Position numbers and translations under genes: made by a program. The notes beneath the pieces were generated by a model, which saw nothing but the letters and a program-made list of their open reading frames with translations, was not told where the DNA came from and made no database searches. DNA of 64,000 nucleotides. Source: Pocillopora damicornis (taxonomy: Eukaryota). Shown here one piece after another: positions 38,106-51,347 of the stretch. Numbering within the stretch: position 1 is the stretch's first letter; the number at the start of each line of letters is the position of its first letter. Location of the stretch: NCBI RefSeq assembly GCF_003704095.1, contig NW_020845865.1, positions 124,001 through 188,000 of the forward strand, given 5' to 3'.

Positions 38106-41100
38106 GATAAAACAACACCAGTTTGGCGTCTGAAAGCTGTTCTCGATTCAAGATGGTGAATAGAGTTCTCAGAGACTCATGATAGTTTGACAATTGAAAT
38201 CCGCTTTCACCCACTGTAACAATAAAGTAATAGGTAGGTAAACATAAGGTTATATTTTTATCTCTGATATCTTAAGAATGATATCAATTTTCCATATCGA
38301 CTTTACTGCGTTGACCCCACATATCAGTGACAAATCATTGAATAATTTGAAATTCACAATCTCGCATGTTTATGCTCATGAGAAAATTTTCATCCCCTGC
38401 TATTTAATAAAAGCAGCCGGGAATAAAGTGGGCCTTTATACACACTATCTTTCAAAAAATCATGATAAATGATGAAATCTCTTCATTGACTGGCCGTGAC
38501 TTAATCGACTTTGAATTAACGGAACTGATTCATGTCAACCGAGGGTAGAGTTCTTTAACGAAGCTCAAAAAGGTACTAGATGCCATTGTCTTGTTGATTC
38601 ATGCATTATGTGAATAATACCAATGGTCAAAACATCACGTATAATTTCGGCAGCTAGAGAAATTGTTAAAGAAAAGATTGAAGTTGTTATTATCTTAATT
38701 CGTTTACCACGGCCAAGTAGTTTACATTGTTACCGAGACTATAACCTGATTTAAAACATTGAATGATTTAGGCATTTGACTTTCGATGCTTTCTTCGACA
38801 CACTTTTAGCACTTAATAGAAATGTCAGCTTGGCTGTATTCTCTAGCATCTCACTGAATGTAGTCGGCTTTAGGCGACATTATTCATGCTACTTCCGCTA
38901 GAGAAATAAGTATATAGTTACGAAACTGAAAGCTTCTAATTACTTCATGCCATCGAATTGAATATTCCTAAGATTTAGCAATACCTTTCGCGTGAAAAAG
39001 GAAACACCAAGAAAAATTACAAAATAAAAAACAACACTTATGCTCGTTTACCGTGAAATCCCGAAAATTTTATTAAAGCTTAATTCAGAGGCAATTGATC
39101 CTTGCTGAACGTGTAGATATTCAAGTCTAGTTCTAAGATTTAATCAAAAGAACTTTGGGCTCGTTGAAACAACGTGAATCACTTACCTACCAAAATTTAG
39201 TTTAGCGACATGTTATGATTCCCATGGGAAATCTAGTTGAATTCAACATTTATATCCATAGTTTCGGCCCAAAGATAAAGAATTGTAACTCAAAATCAAT
39301 TTCGCCTAATAAACAAAGTCGAAAGGATTGTTATTGATCCCTAAGGGGCACATGGCGCGTGACATGGGACATGGCTTTTCACTCTTAATCTAAAAATAAA
39401 ACGCATCAAGAAAATGACGAAATAACTTCTAAAGGTGAAACTCTTGAGAATAAGCTAGAATTCCGATCTACTTTTAAGCACTACTTTATTCTGCCTCTTT
39501 CTCTTCTTCTTAGCTAACGATTAACTCTAATTTTTTACGAATTCGTGTGTGGCATGACGTAATTAACACGACGGGGAGACAATGATTCATTTTAATGACA
39601 CTGCGCCTTTGGGCCTTTAATAATGTAATTCAAGTCAAATTCCTGTCTTAGCATGATGTGTGCATTGAAGTGTCGCCTGGTCTGGGGTTTTACACAGACA
39701 TAGCAAATTGTTTATCTCTGACCATCACGTACGACTAAGTTGAGACTGCTATTTTGCAGCTGTTAAAGACATTTGTCTTTATTCACATAGTTTCAATTCA
39801 CATCGTTTTATCAATTTCTCATTGATTTTTGAAACTAAAACACTGGAATCTGAATAACAAAAAAAACGCGGGGAAAATATTTTTTTGGTCGTACTTTCAA
39901 AGTCTTCCAATTGTAAGTAACAGCGAGGATATCAATAAGAAACTAAATCAATTCAGGAATTAATAAAAAAGAATGGAATTACCTAACAGTAAGCGAGATA
40001 AAGGAAGAAGAAAGTAAAGTTGAAGGAGGGAAAATTCCCTGAGATTGACACATTCACCTTTGAAGAGCTTCCAGAATACTCCCTTTGGATATAAAAATAG
40101 CAAGAATAGAAATAACAGCTTTTTGTTCTATATTTATCTCCACTTCCTTCATAATAAAGAAAAGAATATTGCAGACATGCCTGGCTCGAGGGATGTTGCT
40201 TCACCAATTCACAAGTTGACGTTTTCACGTGGCGCCATAGATATCAAAATGTAAAGTTTTATTGTCTATCAAGCATTTGCCGTCAACAGATAGACGATAT
40301 CTCTGAAATAAACTTTTTGGAAAGTGTTTTGGATGATGGGATTTTTGTTCTCCGTGTTGAAAATAGTGCTATTTCAAATTTGTTTTATTGCACATAACTT
40401 TTGGAAACTTGTAGTTTTGCAGTCGGGCCATACACTATTTCCTGTTTTTGAAGACATTAATCAAGGGTAATTTAAGTAAACAATACACCAGCAGGACCAA
40501 AAATTTAACCTGAAGTTTGCTTATTACCTACTTATTATGCCTTAACATAAATTTTGATCCGCCCCACAGAAGAGCGCATGAACAATAATGCTTAACTTTC
40601 TAAATATCCTTATAAAGTTTTTGATGCACCCTGTACTCTGATTTTTGGAAATGTTAAGTGGTCGTTACCATGACGCAGAAGCACATTTCTATCATTTTTA
40701 ATGCGGCGTTGTAAAGTTTCACCACAGATCAGACAAAAAAAAAACAAAAACAGGCTATTCCATTTGCCCCTAATAACGACACGCCGCATCAGGGCCGGAA
40801 AAGGACAAAGAGGTTAAAGCGAAAAATAGTGTAACAGGAAGCGACAGACTACTCTAGAATAAGGGAGATAACCTGACTGTGTTTAATTTATTCCGACCCT
40901 ATTCTTGTCAATCATCCAGCCGCCTTCTGTGTACTTTACAACAGTTTTTGGCTCAATGGAGGCTTTTTCCTTTGTTATATCGAATATAGTTTTTTACAGA
41001 CCAGTTGTTCTTACAAGTAACGGACAAAAAAAACAGTTTTTAATTTCACTTTGCGGTACTGACAACAAAAAATTTAAAAAATCGCAATCCATTCCTACTG

Positions 41101-44100
41101 TCCTTTTTTCCAACATTTGGTACGTAGTCATACACTGCATGAAAAGGCTTTTCATTTCATACTTGCACATCCTTGAGACCTTAAGAGAACCAAGATACTT
41201 TAAAACAGATAATTTTGTTTAAATATCCGATGGAGAACAAAGCCTTAGAATAATCGCTCGATGGCTCAGACGTATACCAAAAGATATAAACAACCTATTT
41301 TTCTTTTCTATTAATTTAAAAATATTCTACTATCATTGGATATCGTGCTAACAAAACTGAAGATTGAAATAAAAAAATACATTGTTTACGCATTTTCAAT
41401 TCGCCGTTGGGGTCATTTTATCTTCTCTGTTATGTCTTTCGAATCCCAATTTCGATCTGCTGAGCCGCAATCGTTTTTCACATTTAAGTTAAATATGAAA
41501 AACGTTGTGTGTCTCATAGTGACATTTTCTTTCTTGTATTAAAACTGCAAGACTATGGTCACATTTATTTGTTGTAAAATTTGTAGATAATTTAGCTTTG
41601 ATCCGATAAGATTACACCGAAAAAATAGTAACGGAAAGTTTTCATTGAAATATCTATCATATGGCCATGGAGAAAGAAAGAAAAAGTTTCATGACTAAAG
41701 ATTCTTGCAGTTTCTAAAATTCGACCGTCTCTCAGTCCCTTACTAACCCACTGAAGTTTAAAACGGACCTTTAAAATCAAGAAATCTGAGTCGCTTTCCT
41801 TTTGGTTGATTTCAGGACTTCCCAAATTGTCTTTTGTTAAATCAAAATGCATATAATTCCGTAATTGGGCGGTTCAAATACTCCCAGCTTGAAGCCTTAA
41901 CAAGAGGAAATGTATCTGGTTCTCTAGAAGATTGATGTTTTGTCTTTCCTTGGATCATTTTACTCGAGAGCAAGTCATAATTTTGCAGACAACTAGCAGC
42001 CACAGTTCAAATTGTTCGCAACATTCTGGTTTAGTGAAAAATGAAATTTGTTGAACATACAGTATCTTACCTTGCTCGAATTCGTTTCAAATATTTTCGC
42101 TTGCGTTTCAGTAGCAAAAAGTGAATGTTGTTGACAGATTTCCGGCCGACTAGCCTGGTGTTGTCTCACTTGAAAACAATCGATCGTGATAGTTGCGAAG
42201 ATTCAATTGCAATACCACCAACAAACTTTTACATTTAAATAAGGTTGTGTCTGATGATTTTCGAATAGAACTATCAAATCTGGTGCCTATATTCTCTCAA
42301 CGGGGTGTATTTTGTAAATTTTTATAATTTCTATATGTATGTCTGTCTGACAAACCCATTCAATCATTTGCAAGACTTGTATACTTAAGCTCACAATTAA
42401 AAGAATGAGAACGTCTTTATGAAAATATCGGTTTGAATAGTAAAATCTCAATTGACAGCTTAAATCAAAGGGTTTCGAAATTTCTCTCCGGCGTTTTAGG
42501 AGATGAAAGTTCATAACGAATCTAGAATATCCGGATGTCCTTCCCTTGACGATGTAGTCAATAAATTTACTGTCGTCTCAGTTTTTAGAAGAGGAAGCTG
42601 TGAGACTTTTACGGGCAAAGAAGCATCTGTAACCAATAAATGCAAATAAACAGCACAACAGTCAACAAACCAGCACTGTGTCGCTGACCTAACATGTATT
42701 TATGAGTGTGTATATTATTCGTTCTTAAATTTTTATCATTGAGTCTTTGACTGAAATGAAGAGCAAAACTACTTTGAAATAATATTACTTCAATCGTGGA
42801 TGTATCACTTTAATGATAAACTATATTACTGCATTATTTTTATGTGGATGCTGCCTTCAATAGAACCCATTATGTAACCATGTTATTGAAAATCAACAAC
42901 TACTCTTATCTTGTTTAGAAAAAATGTTTCCCGCTCTGCCTCTACCGTTTACAACTTATTTCTCAAATCATGCATTAAAGCTAAACAGGCTAATCGAAAC
43001 CTTGGACAAGAAAGAAAAAATCTTGTTTTACATCATACTTAAGCCTTTCGCGATAAACTTATCTGACATTATATGAGGACGTTTATTTGACCTCGGCACC
43101 AATATGTACTTAGCTTAGGCAGGAGAATATTATCACGGTATGATAGACGCAACAGATTCGAATCCTGAGCCAGGATTTTTTGAATTATTTGTTGTTTTAG
43201 GCGAGATTTTTCGCACAATTTGTAAACTGTGAATATTTATAATCTACCTCAATTTTTTCCATGTCAGTGACATGTACTTATATTGATCAGGAGTTTCATG
43301 TTTGGAAAGAAAAAAAACAATTAAATCAGATACACTTACCAACACGGTACTCAGTTCAATAAGTATCATGAACATCACTCAATGTGACCATTAACATCAA
43401 TTCTAAAACAATTGAAGTGTTTCAGTGTTGCTTTAGAGACACATGAAAGGCTGAAATGAAATCGCAATGGCCTGTAGCCTGCACAGCATCTAATACGTTA
43501 CAGATGTTATCAGTTCTTTGTCTTATTTGCTGTCTGTGGGGTAAAGCTCTGTACCTCAAATGAAATCAAAACAAGTTTGACATTGAACGTTTTGATCCGG
43601 AGCCCCAAATGACTTTCCCGCCCACACTCCATCAAGGAAAGAACTGCCTGGAGGATATCCTCCTTTCAAAAGGAGAACTGATCACCAAAAAACAAAATTG
43701 AAAGTTATCCAAGTGTTCAAGAAATATCAATAATGTTTCTCAGTCAATAGAGAATGTCGGAAGCAGCTTTAAGTATTTGAACAGGTCCAAATAGCGATGT
43801 TCATATCACTACATGTGCTCTTTGTATGATATCTTCAAATCCATAACCGTTTCCTCTGCCCAAAATTGCTCTTCATTCAGGGATTAATAAGGGAGAAATC
43901 AAAATTACCATAATGAGCTTTACGGTGTTATTGATTGCAGTTATTATGAAAGTCGCTAGCCAGGTACCGTGATTTCCTTTCGTGAGCGTACTAATTAACT
44001 TCCACCAAAACAAAAAGCTAAATCTTCTTTTTCTTTGGTTCTGTTTTGTTTTCTTAAAGTAATTTTTTTCTTTCTTTCTAAATCTCTTTCCTTTTCTCCA

Positions 44101-44642
44101 TTTTTCTTTAATTTCCACGCCTGGAACCCTAAAAAAAATTAAAATAGGTCTGCCAACAAAATCGCCCAAAGGCACTTCGGTACATTTGATCTTTCAATGA
44201 GCGGAAGCATTGTCAATTTCGCGCTGCATCGATGTTAGGACTCTATTAGTGAGTGCACACATAACTTTCTAACCAACACAAAGCTTGCAGTCCTTTTCAT
44301 GCCTTGTTTCCTAATATCTGGAATAAGGAAATCTTTTGCAATTGAATAAATTTCAGTACATGAGAAAATTTACAACTTGACAGCCGTTCACTGAGGGAAT
44401 CAAATTATATAAATTTCCGACCAAAACATCCAGAGCTCAATTTCTTACCGGAGTCAAATGTAATCGACTGCCGTAATAAGATTCAAATTGGGCAAACTGG
44501 CCCCTCCCATGTTTTTGTTTCCTTCTCAACTAAATTTTAAAGTTGATTGGCTTGTATTAAACGACACCTGTCTTTCAAATACATGTATTAGGAATTGACT
44601 GGCTTCTTTGCGGATAAATCCATTCAAATCTCGTTGCCAGTC

Positions 44643-45235
44643 ACTTTTTCGCTTACTTTATCGCTGTTTTAATTTTGTCTTGCTGTTAATATCATCAGGC
44701 CCCGCTTCTTACTTTAACTAGGCTCGGCGGTGACGTAATCCACGCTTCAAACTAGTCAGCCGTCAAAAAGGTAAATGACACAGTCTGTCTTTTTGTATCA
44801 AGAATCCCGTAAGGAAGGACAGGCTACAGAATTCGCTCTTAAAAACTTGCCTCTCAGTCTCAAATTGATAATTTTTAAAGCAGAACATTAGAGTTTTTAC
44901 AAATTATTAACTTTATGAGGGATGTACATTTAAAATTAGTTTCGTAACTCCTGGATGCGTTTATGAGAATTAAATTAGCAAGTGAAGCCACTCGGGCGTA
45001 AGTCAACGATTATCTCTAGAAATCACTCTTTATGTCGGTATATTAAATATTTTAAAATGTGTCCAAACCAGGATTCTTGATACAAAAAGACAGATTGTGT
45101 CATTTACCTTTCTGACGGCTAACTAGTTTAAAGCGTTGATTATGTCACCGCCAAGCCCAGTTAAAGTAAGAAGCGGGGCCTGATGATATTAACAGCAAGA
45201 CGAAATGAAAACAGCTATAAAGTAACCGACAAAGT
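44643..45235. repeat. Long inverted repeat: 165-bp arms (44643-44807 / 45071-45235), 263-bp spacer
   Basis: Ungapped manual alignment, 152/165 identical (92%). Confidence 0.95.
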
Positions 45236-48200
45236 ATTAGAATGGTCGAATAAGAGCATTCGGGAAATCTAATCGATAAGATGGCGAATCGAGAAGTGAT
45301 CGCTTACCGTTTTCTCTGTGGCGTTCGATGTGACTCTTGGAAGTCTGTTTAAGTGACAGAATTAACCTTTTCACCCTTAGTAGTTTGTTCTAATGCAGCT
45401 CGATAAAATACCTAGCATACTTCAAAAGTAGTTACTTTTTAAAGAATATTTTCTGCTGTGAAAGAAGCCATATAAAAAGTTTTTATAACCTTAGTAACGA
45501 TTCAGCTGGCTACATCTCTGCCAATGAATCAGCCTTCATAAGTGTCACTTCTGTAAGTCACACCTCATACTAGTTTTAATAACTCCACTCGATTAAGACT
45601 TCCTCTCTGACACATATCACCATAGCAATGTCATGAATGCTATTATCGATTTTTCAAATCCCTTGTTCTATCAAATTGTTTGAAGTTGTTCAAGACAAAG
45701 GGTGCGATGATGATAAACCTTCGTTAAAATAATTATTTCATTGATCCATCCATGATGAAAGTTTGTCGAAACATCAAACCAATTTATAGACTTAACACGG
45801 AACTGGTTTTAAAAAAGTTGGTTGCTTATTTTTTGATATAATATAAACAAAGTCATACGGGAATAAACTAAAATCACTCAATTTTGAAATGCAAAGAAAA
45901 TTATATTTTTTACACCGGCATAAAAGCGTAATCGGGTCTTTTCAAAATCTTAAAGTCTATTTGGCCTGATATTGTTTCGCTCGAGAAACTGTCTTTTTAA
46001 TTTGAATAAAAATGGAAAACAACATAAGAGACATGTGCAAGACTGGATGCATACCCAACACGTCAATCAAATAACATATTCAATACCAGCAATTTTAGAT
46101 TGTAATTTCGCATGTGATTACATTTCCAGGAGCTTGAAATTTAGTTCACTTACTACACTACTTTAAGTAGAGTAGTTGAGTAGCGCTCTTTCCTGAGATA
46201 TTCGTATTCATTTCTTTGTTATTATTTTTAAGGAATAACAAATCTGAAATTTTGGTCACCAAGTTGCCTTCTGTTGAGCCATTAACAGTGGGGTTGGTTC
46301 TACCTATTACCAAGTGATTTATTTTGTTTTAGAATTTTAAACTCTGAAAAGCTTAATAATCCAGTCCCTAAAAATTATTTTCAACACCTTGATACCATAA
46401 CATTTTTTATTGCAATCACCGAATTACATTAACTCATTTGCACAACAGAATAATCAACATTTATATAAAAGAGGTGTGATGAGACGACCTCGTTATAGAT
46501 TTTGAATAGTTGCCCTTCTACATTACATTTTGATTTAAGTTCATCCGTGCAGATTATTTTGTATAATTACTCGCGACGATAAACCAAAAAAAATTTTCAA
46601 ACGTGCTTTCTGTCTTCCGTTTCTTCCCAAAGTGTCTAGAATTAAAAAAATCTATGGCAAAACAAGCTATGAAAGTGAAGAATTTTAAGAGCAAACATTT
46701 GGGCGCGGGTGAAATCCTTTCATTTTCCTCGAATGAATTTTCTTACTGTTCCAGTTTTTTTTTTATTTATTTAATGAAAACAATGAAAGAATCAGTTACT
46801 TACCATTGCCGAACTGCCGGTAACTTACGAAATGTTTAGACTAAGCAGACGACAATAAACGAGAAACTAAGCCAGTAGATTGTTAAAATAGGCAACTGTT
46901 TACGTGCCAAATGTTTCTTATACGTTTCTTTAATATTTAAAAATTAATGACTTCACTTGGTAACATTTAAAGCCGAAATTAATTTGAATAACTCTATTTA
47001 TAAATAGAATGAGTTTTTACTGCTAAACATCATACAGCCTGTTTTTCTGTCACCTTACGGGTAATTCATCACTGACAATAATCGAGGAAATTTCATCCGA
47101 AAAAAATCTATATTTACAATTGAGAACTTACATTTGTAAGGAATTCGTCAGTCTCTTCGTGTTTGCCTTTTTCTACAGTTATCACATATTGCTGAAATAA
47201 CACTGCTACATACTGATATCAATCTGAAAAAAGGAAAACGATAGAGTTTCTTTTATCAGTTAAAGGGAAATAGCATGCGCGAGAGCATTTCTGACTACAC
47301 TTTCTCATTTTTCTAAAAGGACAAGTGCAGCAGTTTATCTCAAGACGTTGACAGGCAAAATATTACCTGCTGATGGACATCAATATTTTTTTTGGCAACA
47401 AAGCTTTTAAAAAAATATCAATACTTACCATTTGCAGGCTTAGAAGGATTAATTATCTTCTAATTTGGAATATCAAGCCTTAAAAAGAAAATGCTATAAT
47501 CGTTATTTTTGCCGAGGTTTCTACATAAACATTTTTGCTAACATTAGAAACTATACAGTAAAAGGCTCCTCGCCGTTTTTGCTTCCAGTCTGGAGAAGTA
47601 GAGAGAGATCTAAGATCAAGCGCGATATTGAAAAAAAGCGTTTGTTTATTTAGTTGTTTCTACATATGACGCTTTTTTGACCAATCGTAGAAATCCAATG
47701 TGAATGCTTGTAATATACAGGTCGTGATTTCACACATGACTTTAAAAAACGATCTTCAAGACATAATGATGATGCAGGCAAATTTGGAACTGGTATTAGA
47801 ATAAGAATTTCCTTTTATTGATTAACTGCTCTGATTTGTAATAATTCGAAGAGGACTGTTGCTTGATTACTTGAAACGTCAATGATTTTTCAATAGCCTG
47901 GATTCCTGTGTTTCCCTCTCACGTGTGTCTACTAATCCTTCTGGTGTCGTATTTAACTCCTATAACGACTTCCGCTCGCGTTATGCGGGAAAGAATGTCT
48001 CCTGACGGACAAAAGACAGTCAGGGCCATATTGTAACCTGGATGGTCAAGCCACATGATCATCAGTAGCTCATGGGTTTAAACTTTTTATCGTACAACCT
48101 TAATCAAGCTAGTGATCTGCACAGAGGTATTACAGCGATGAAATCTTAAAATGGAGGTTATTATGATTCAGTTTTGCGAAAACAGGTTAAGTTTAAGGGC

Positions 48201-50793
48201 ATGGAACGTCATGAAGAAAAACTAATTGTCCAATATGATTCAAGTATTGTTTATCACGGCAGTAGTGTTATGCTTTCAACATGGTTTGGCACACAAACAT
48301 TTCAAGCCCATTATTTTGAAAACTAATCTGTTATCAAAGTTGATCAGGGAACTTTGATAATTAAAAGCTATCAAGCTGTTACGAGACAAAATTTCGCCTA
48401 GGCTAATAGAGCGTAAGAAAACCATGATTTATTTCAAAATTTTGGTTATTTTAACAATCACTTGAAACAGGAACTTGGAAAAGTACAGGTGCCAGAGACC
48501 GGAACTCTTAGGCCACAAGAAGCTACGAGAAAACGCAAACCAATCATTCTCAAATGGAACAAATTTGTGTGAAAAAAGGAAGACTAGCAGTCCAGAAGGA
48601 GTTGTGCAGTTCTGCACCTGAGCCAATCTTTAGAGCATTACACCAAATTGATGAGCCACCTTGAGAACACTTGCATTTTTTCAACCAGGAATCAAAAAGA
48701 CGAGGGGTCCAGTACTTCTCAGACATGGAATCCATCTTAACCTATTAAGCAAAATGTCATTATTTCCCGCAGGAATTTCGAATATGAACATCATGAATAC
48801 ACCCAAATAATTTTTCAAATCCTCGAGGACGTTTTCAAAATCACGTGCTGAGAGCTACGCAAATTTATCGGAGGAGAAGTAACTGTCTACAAATGAAAAG
48901 CGTTTATAAGGTTACAGGAAAGACTTGAACACTAACATGGCTGCCATCATATCGTTTTGGTAAACAATATGACTGCTGTGTCGTCATCAGAAAGCGATCT
49001 AGAGATGGCAAATTTAAAATCTACTTAAGGGTGCTTCTCATTTCTAAATTCAACACGAAATCATGGTACTATTTTTATCCTTTGTTTACATTATTACGAC
49101 CCTCCTGATATGAATTGGCTTTTCGTGTGAGGCTGAAAAATGAAAATGATTGAGCTCGGTGCTCATTCATGCATCGGCATTTTTACCTTCTGCAACAGTT
49201 GTCGATGAAAATATTTTAAATGTCCAGATAACCTTGCTATTGGATAGCGTTGAACATTAGATTTCGTGTAAGATGTTGGCCTTCACCTAGAGAATGACAG
49301 TTCAGTATTTTGGTTGCGCCCACTTTTTCCATACTCAAAACTCGTGAAGCTGAAGTGACAGATATTTTTCTTTCATATCTCCAAATGAAGTAGTTACCAA
49401 ATTGTAACAATACAGTTAAAGCGTCAATTAGGTCGTGTGAATCTTACGCTGTTTACACACGCGCGTCAATCTTTAGGGTCAGAGTTATTATGTGAATGTA
49501 TTTTCATATGTGTTTCCCTTGTTTTGTTTTGTTTTTGTTTGCAGTTTGTGAAATTGCCCTAGTTAAAATTTTCCAAGCTTAAAAGTCATTAAAATGAACA
49601 GGAGAAACCTCAGACCGAAATGTAGCATGAATGATTGAGTGTGGAGAAGATTGACAGGATAGCTGAAAAACACTCAGCCCGAATACAAAATGTGACGTAG
49701 ATCCTCGTACATAAGATCTTTTAAAAATAGGATAACATGGGAAATAATTTTCATTGACCTGACTTAACATATTTGTTTTCTGCAAATTTTACACTCATCA
49801 AGTTTTTATTTATAAAACTCTACGACCAGATACAATAGAAATCGTTGCTAGTACACTTTTCTTGATTAGTAACGGAGCCAGTTTGATTTTAGTTTTAGAC
49901 TGGTGCTGAAAAGGTAAATGCCAGCAATAATCGTTTCACTTTGCAACTTTAAGATGAAGCCGGGAGATTTTATGGCACTGAATGATTATATTGCTTCGTC
50001 AAGACTTCTTAATATAACCCTTCAGTAGTTTAAATTTAGCATATCTAAACTCGCCACAGAAGAAATTAGATTAATTAAAAAGTAGCTCTCACAAAACCAT
50101 TTTGGGCTTTTCGTCTGGAACCCTGCTTTGTTTTAATTTGTTCATTGAGTCTTGTTCATAAGGTTTTTCCTATTATATCAGTTATATATGTATTCAGCCA
50201 TAGGAAATGCATAGGGATTTTTGCTATCAACTTTGTCACGCTGTCTCTTCTATTCCTTGACTTATGTTTTATTATACTGAATGCATGAAAATAACTCTCA
50301 CTTTCTATAAATGGTGAAAATGATTCTTAAAATTATCTTGTTGAATTAAAATAACTGATTTTACCAATGCCCTTAGTTTTTTTTTTTTGATTTTGGTACT
50401 CAAGCACATTTCGTTATTGCCTAGTCATTTCAATTTCGCTAGTATTTTTGTGTAGTATTAAAAACAGGATGAAATTATCAATACTGAGTTTGAAAACTTC
50501 GTGGAAACTGTGGTTTGTTTTCTAATTGCTCAGCATGTTGTCTCCATAGTAAGTGTAGAAGCGTGAAGCTATTTCAGATCACCCAATCAAACAATAATAA
50601 ATTCGTGGCTGATAACTCAGGCTCAACAGAGCGGAACGAGATTTTACACTTTTTACGACTATTTTGTTCTCTGAAAGCAATTCAATTTGAGTCCGTGAAT
50701 TATGAGAAAGTAAAAAATGCTTCTTTTTTCTGAAAGATAATTGGATTTAGCAACTGAGTTTATAATGTAAATTTGCCACGGTAGAGTTTCTAA

Positions 50794-50829
50794 AGCTGAT
50801 GTTTCGGGCGTAAGCCCATCGTCAGAGCC
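50794..50829 (-). ncRNA. Minimal type I hammerhead-ribozyme-like motif (Penelope-like element remnant), probably impaired
   Basis: Minus strand GCT-CTGACGA-T-GGGC-TTAC-GCCC-GAAA-C-ATC-AGC: both core boxes, a perfect 4-bp stem II, stem I GCU/AGC and an NUH triplet. Confidence 0.6.
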
Positions 50830-51347
50830 AGTGCTCTTTAATCATTATTTTAACGATACCGAACTATACTTTTAACCGAAAGTGCTTCTAGTGAAGTCGA
50901 TCTCTCCTGCATTATCATGACGCAAGCTAATAAAAACATTCTGAATGTGGTAATATTGTTAGTTAAGCGAAGCTGTATTGATCGTTGTGGTTCCTTCGTT
51001 ATTGTGTCTGTGGCTTTTACAATTATCGATATATAGAACCTTTAGTGCCCTCGTATACTTTTGAATAATGAGAGAATTTGAGCCATATTTGCCCGCAGGA
51101 CGCTAACAAGACTTAGAACACCAGGATATAGTGAAAAATAGAGCAGAGACCTTTTTTAAAGGTTCGAGTCTTCTCTAAGGAAGTTTCTTGAAAAAGACTT
51201 TGGGACCTCCTACACACAGAGAATTGTGATTATTTTTTTAGTTTTCAAGTTCGTCGACTCTGTGCTTTTCCACTGTACTATTCCGATACGCCATCAAACA
51301 AATAACGCAAAGAATTATTTGCCATCTTCAGAACTTAAATCCATTGG

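Noticed and set aside
43570-43880. Coding-looking patch (e.g. minus strand LKGGYPPGSSFLDGVWAGK)
   Set aside because: Short, interrupted by stops, with no recognisable family or consistent splice chain.
45180-45210. Hammerhead core (ctgatga...cgaaa) in the inverted-repeat arm
   Set aside because: No stem II can form between the two boxes.
39181-47430. Series of strong minus-strand donor motifs (39181, 42066, 43335, 45303, 47424) as 5'-UTR exons of GPCR no. 3
   Set aside because: Plausible given the acceptor at 38214-38215, but non-coding exons cannot be validated without transcripts.
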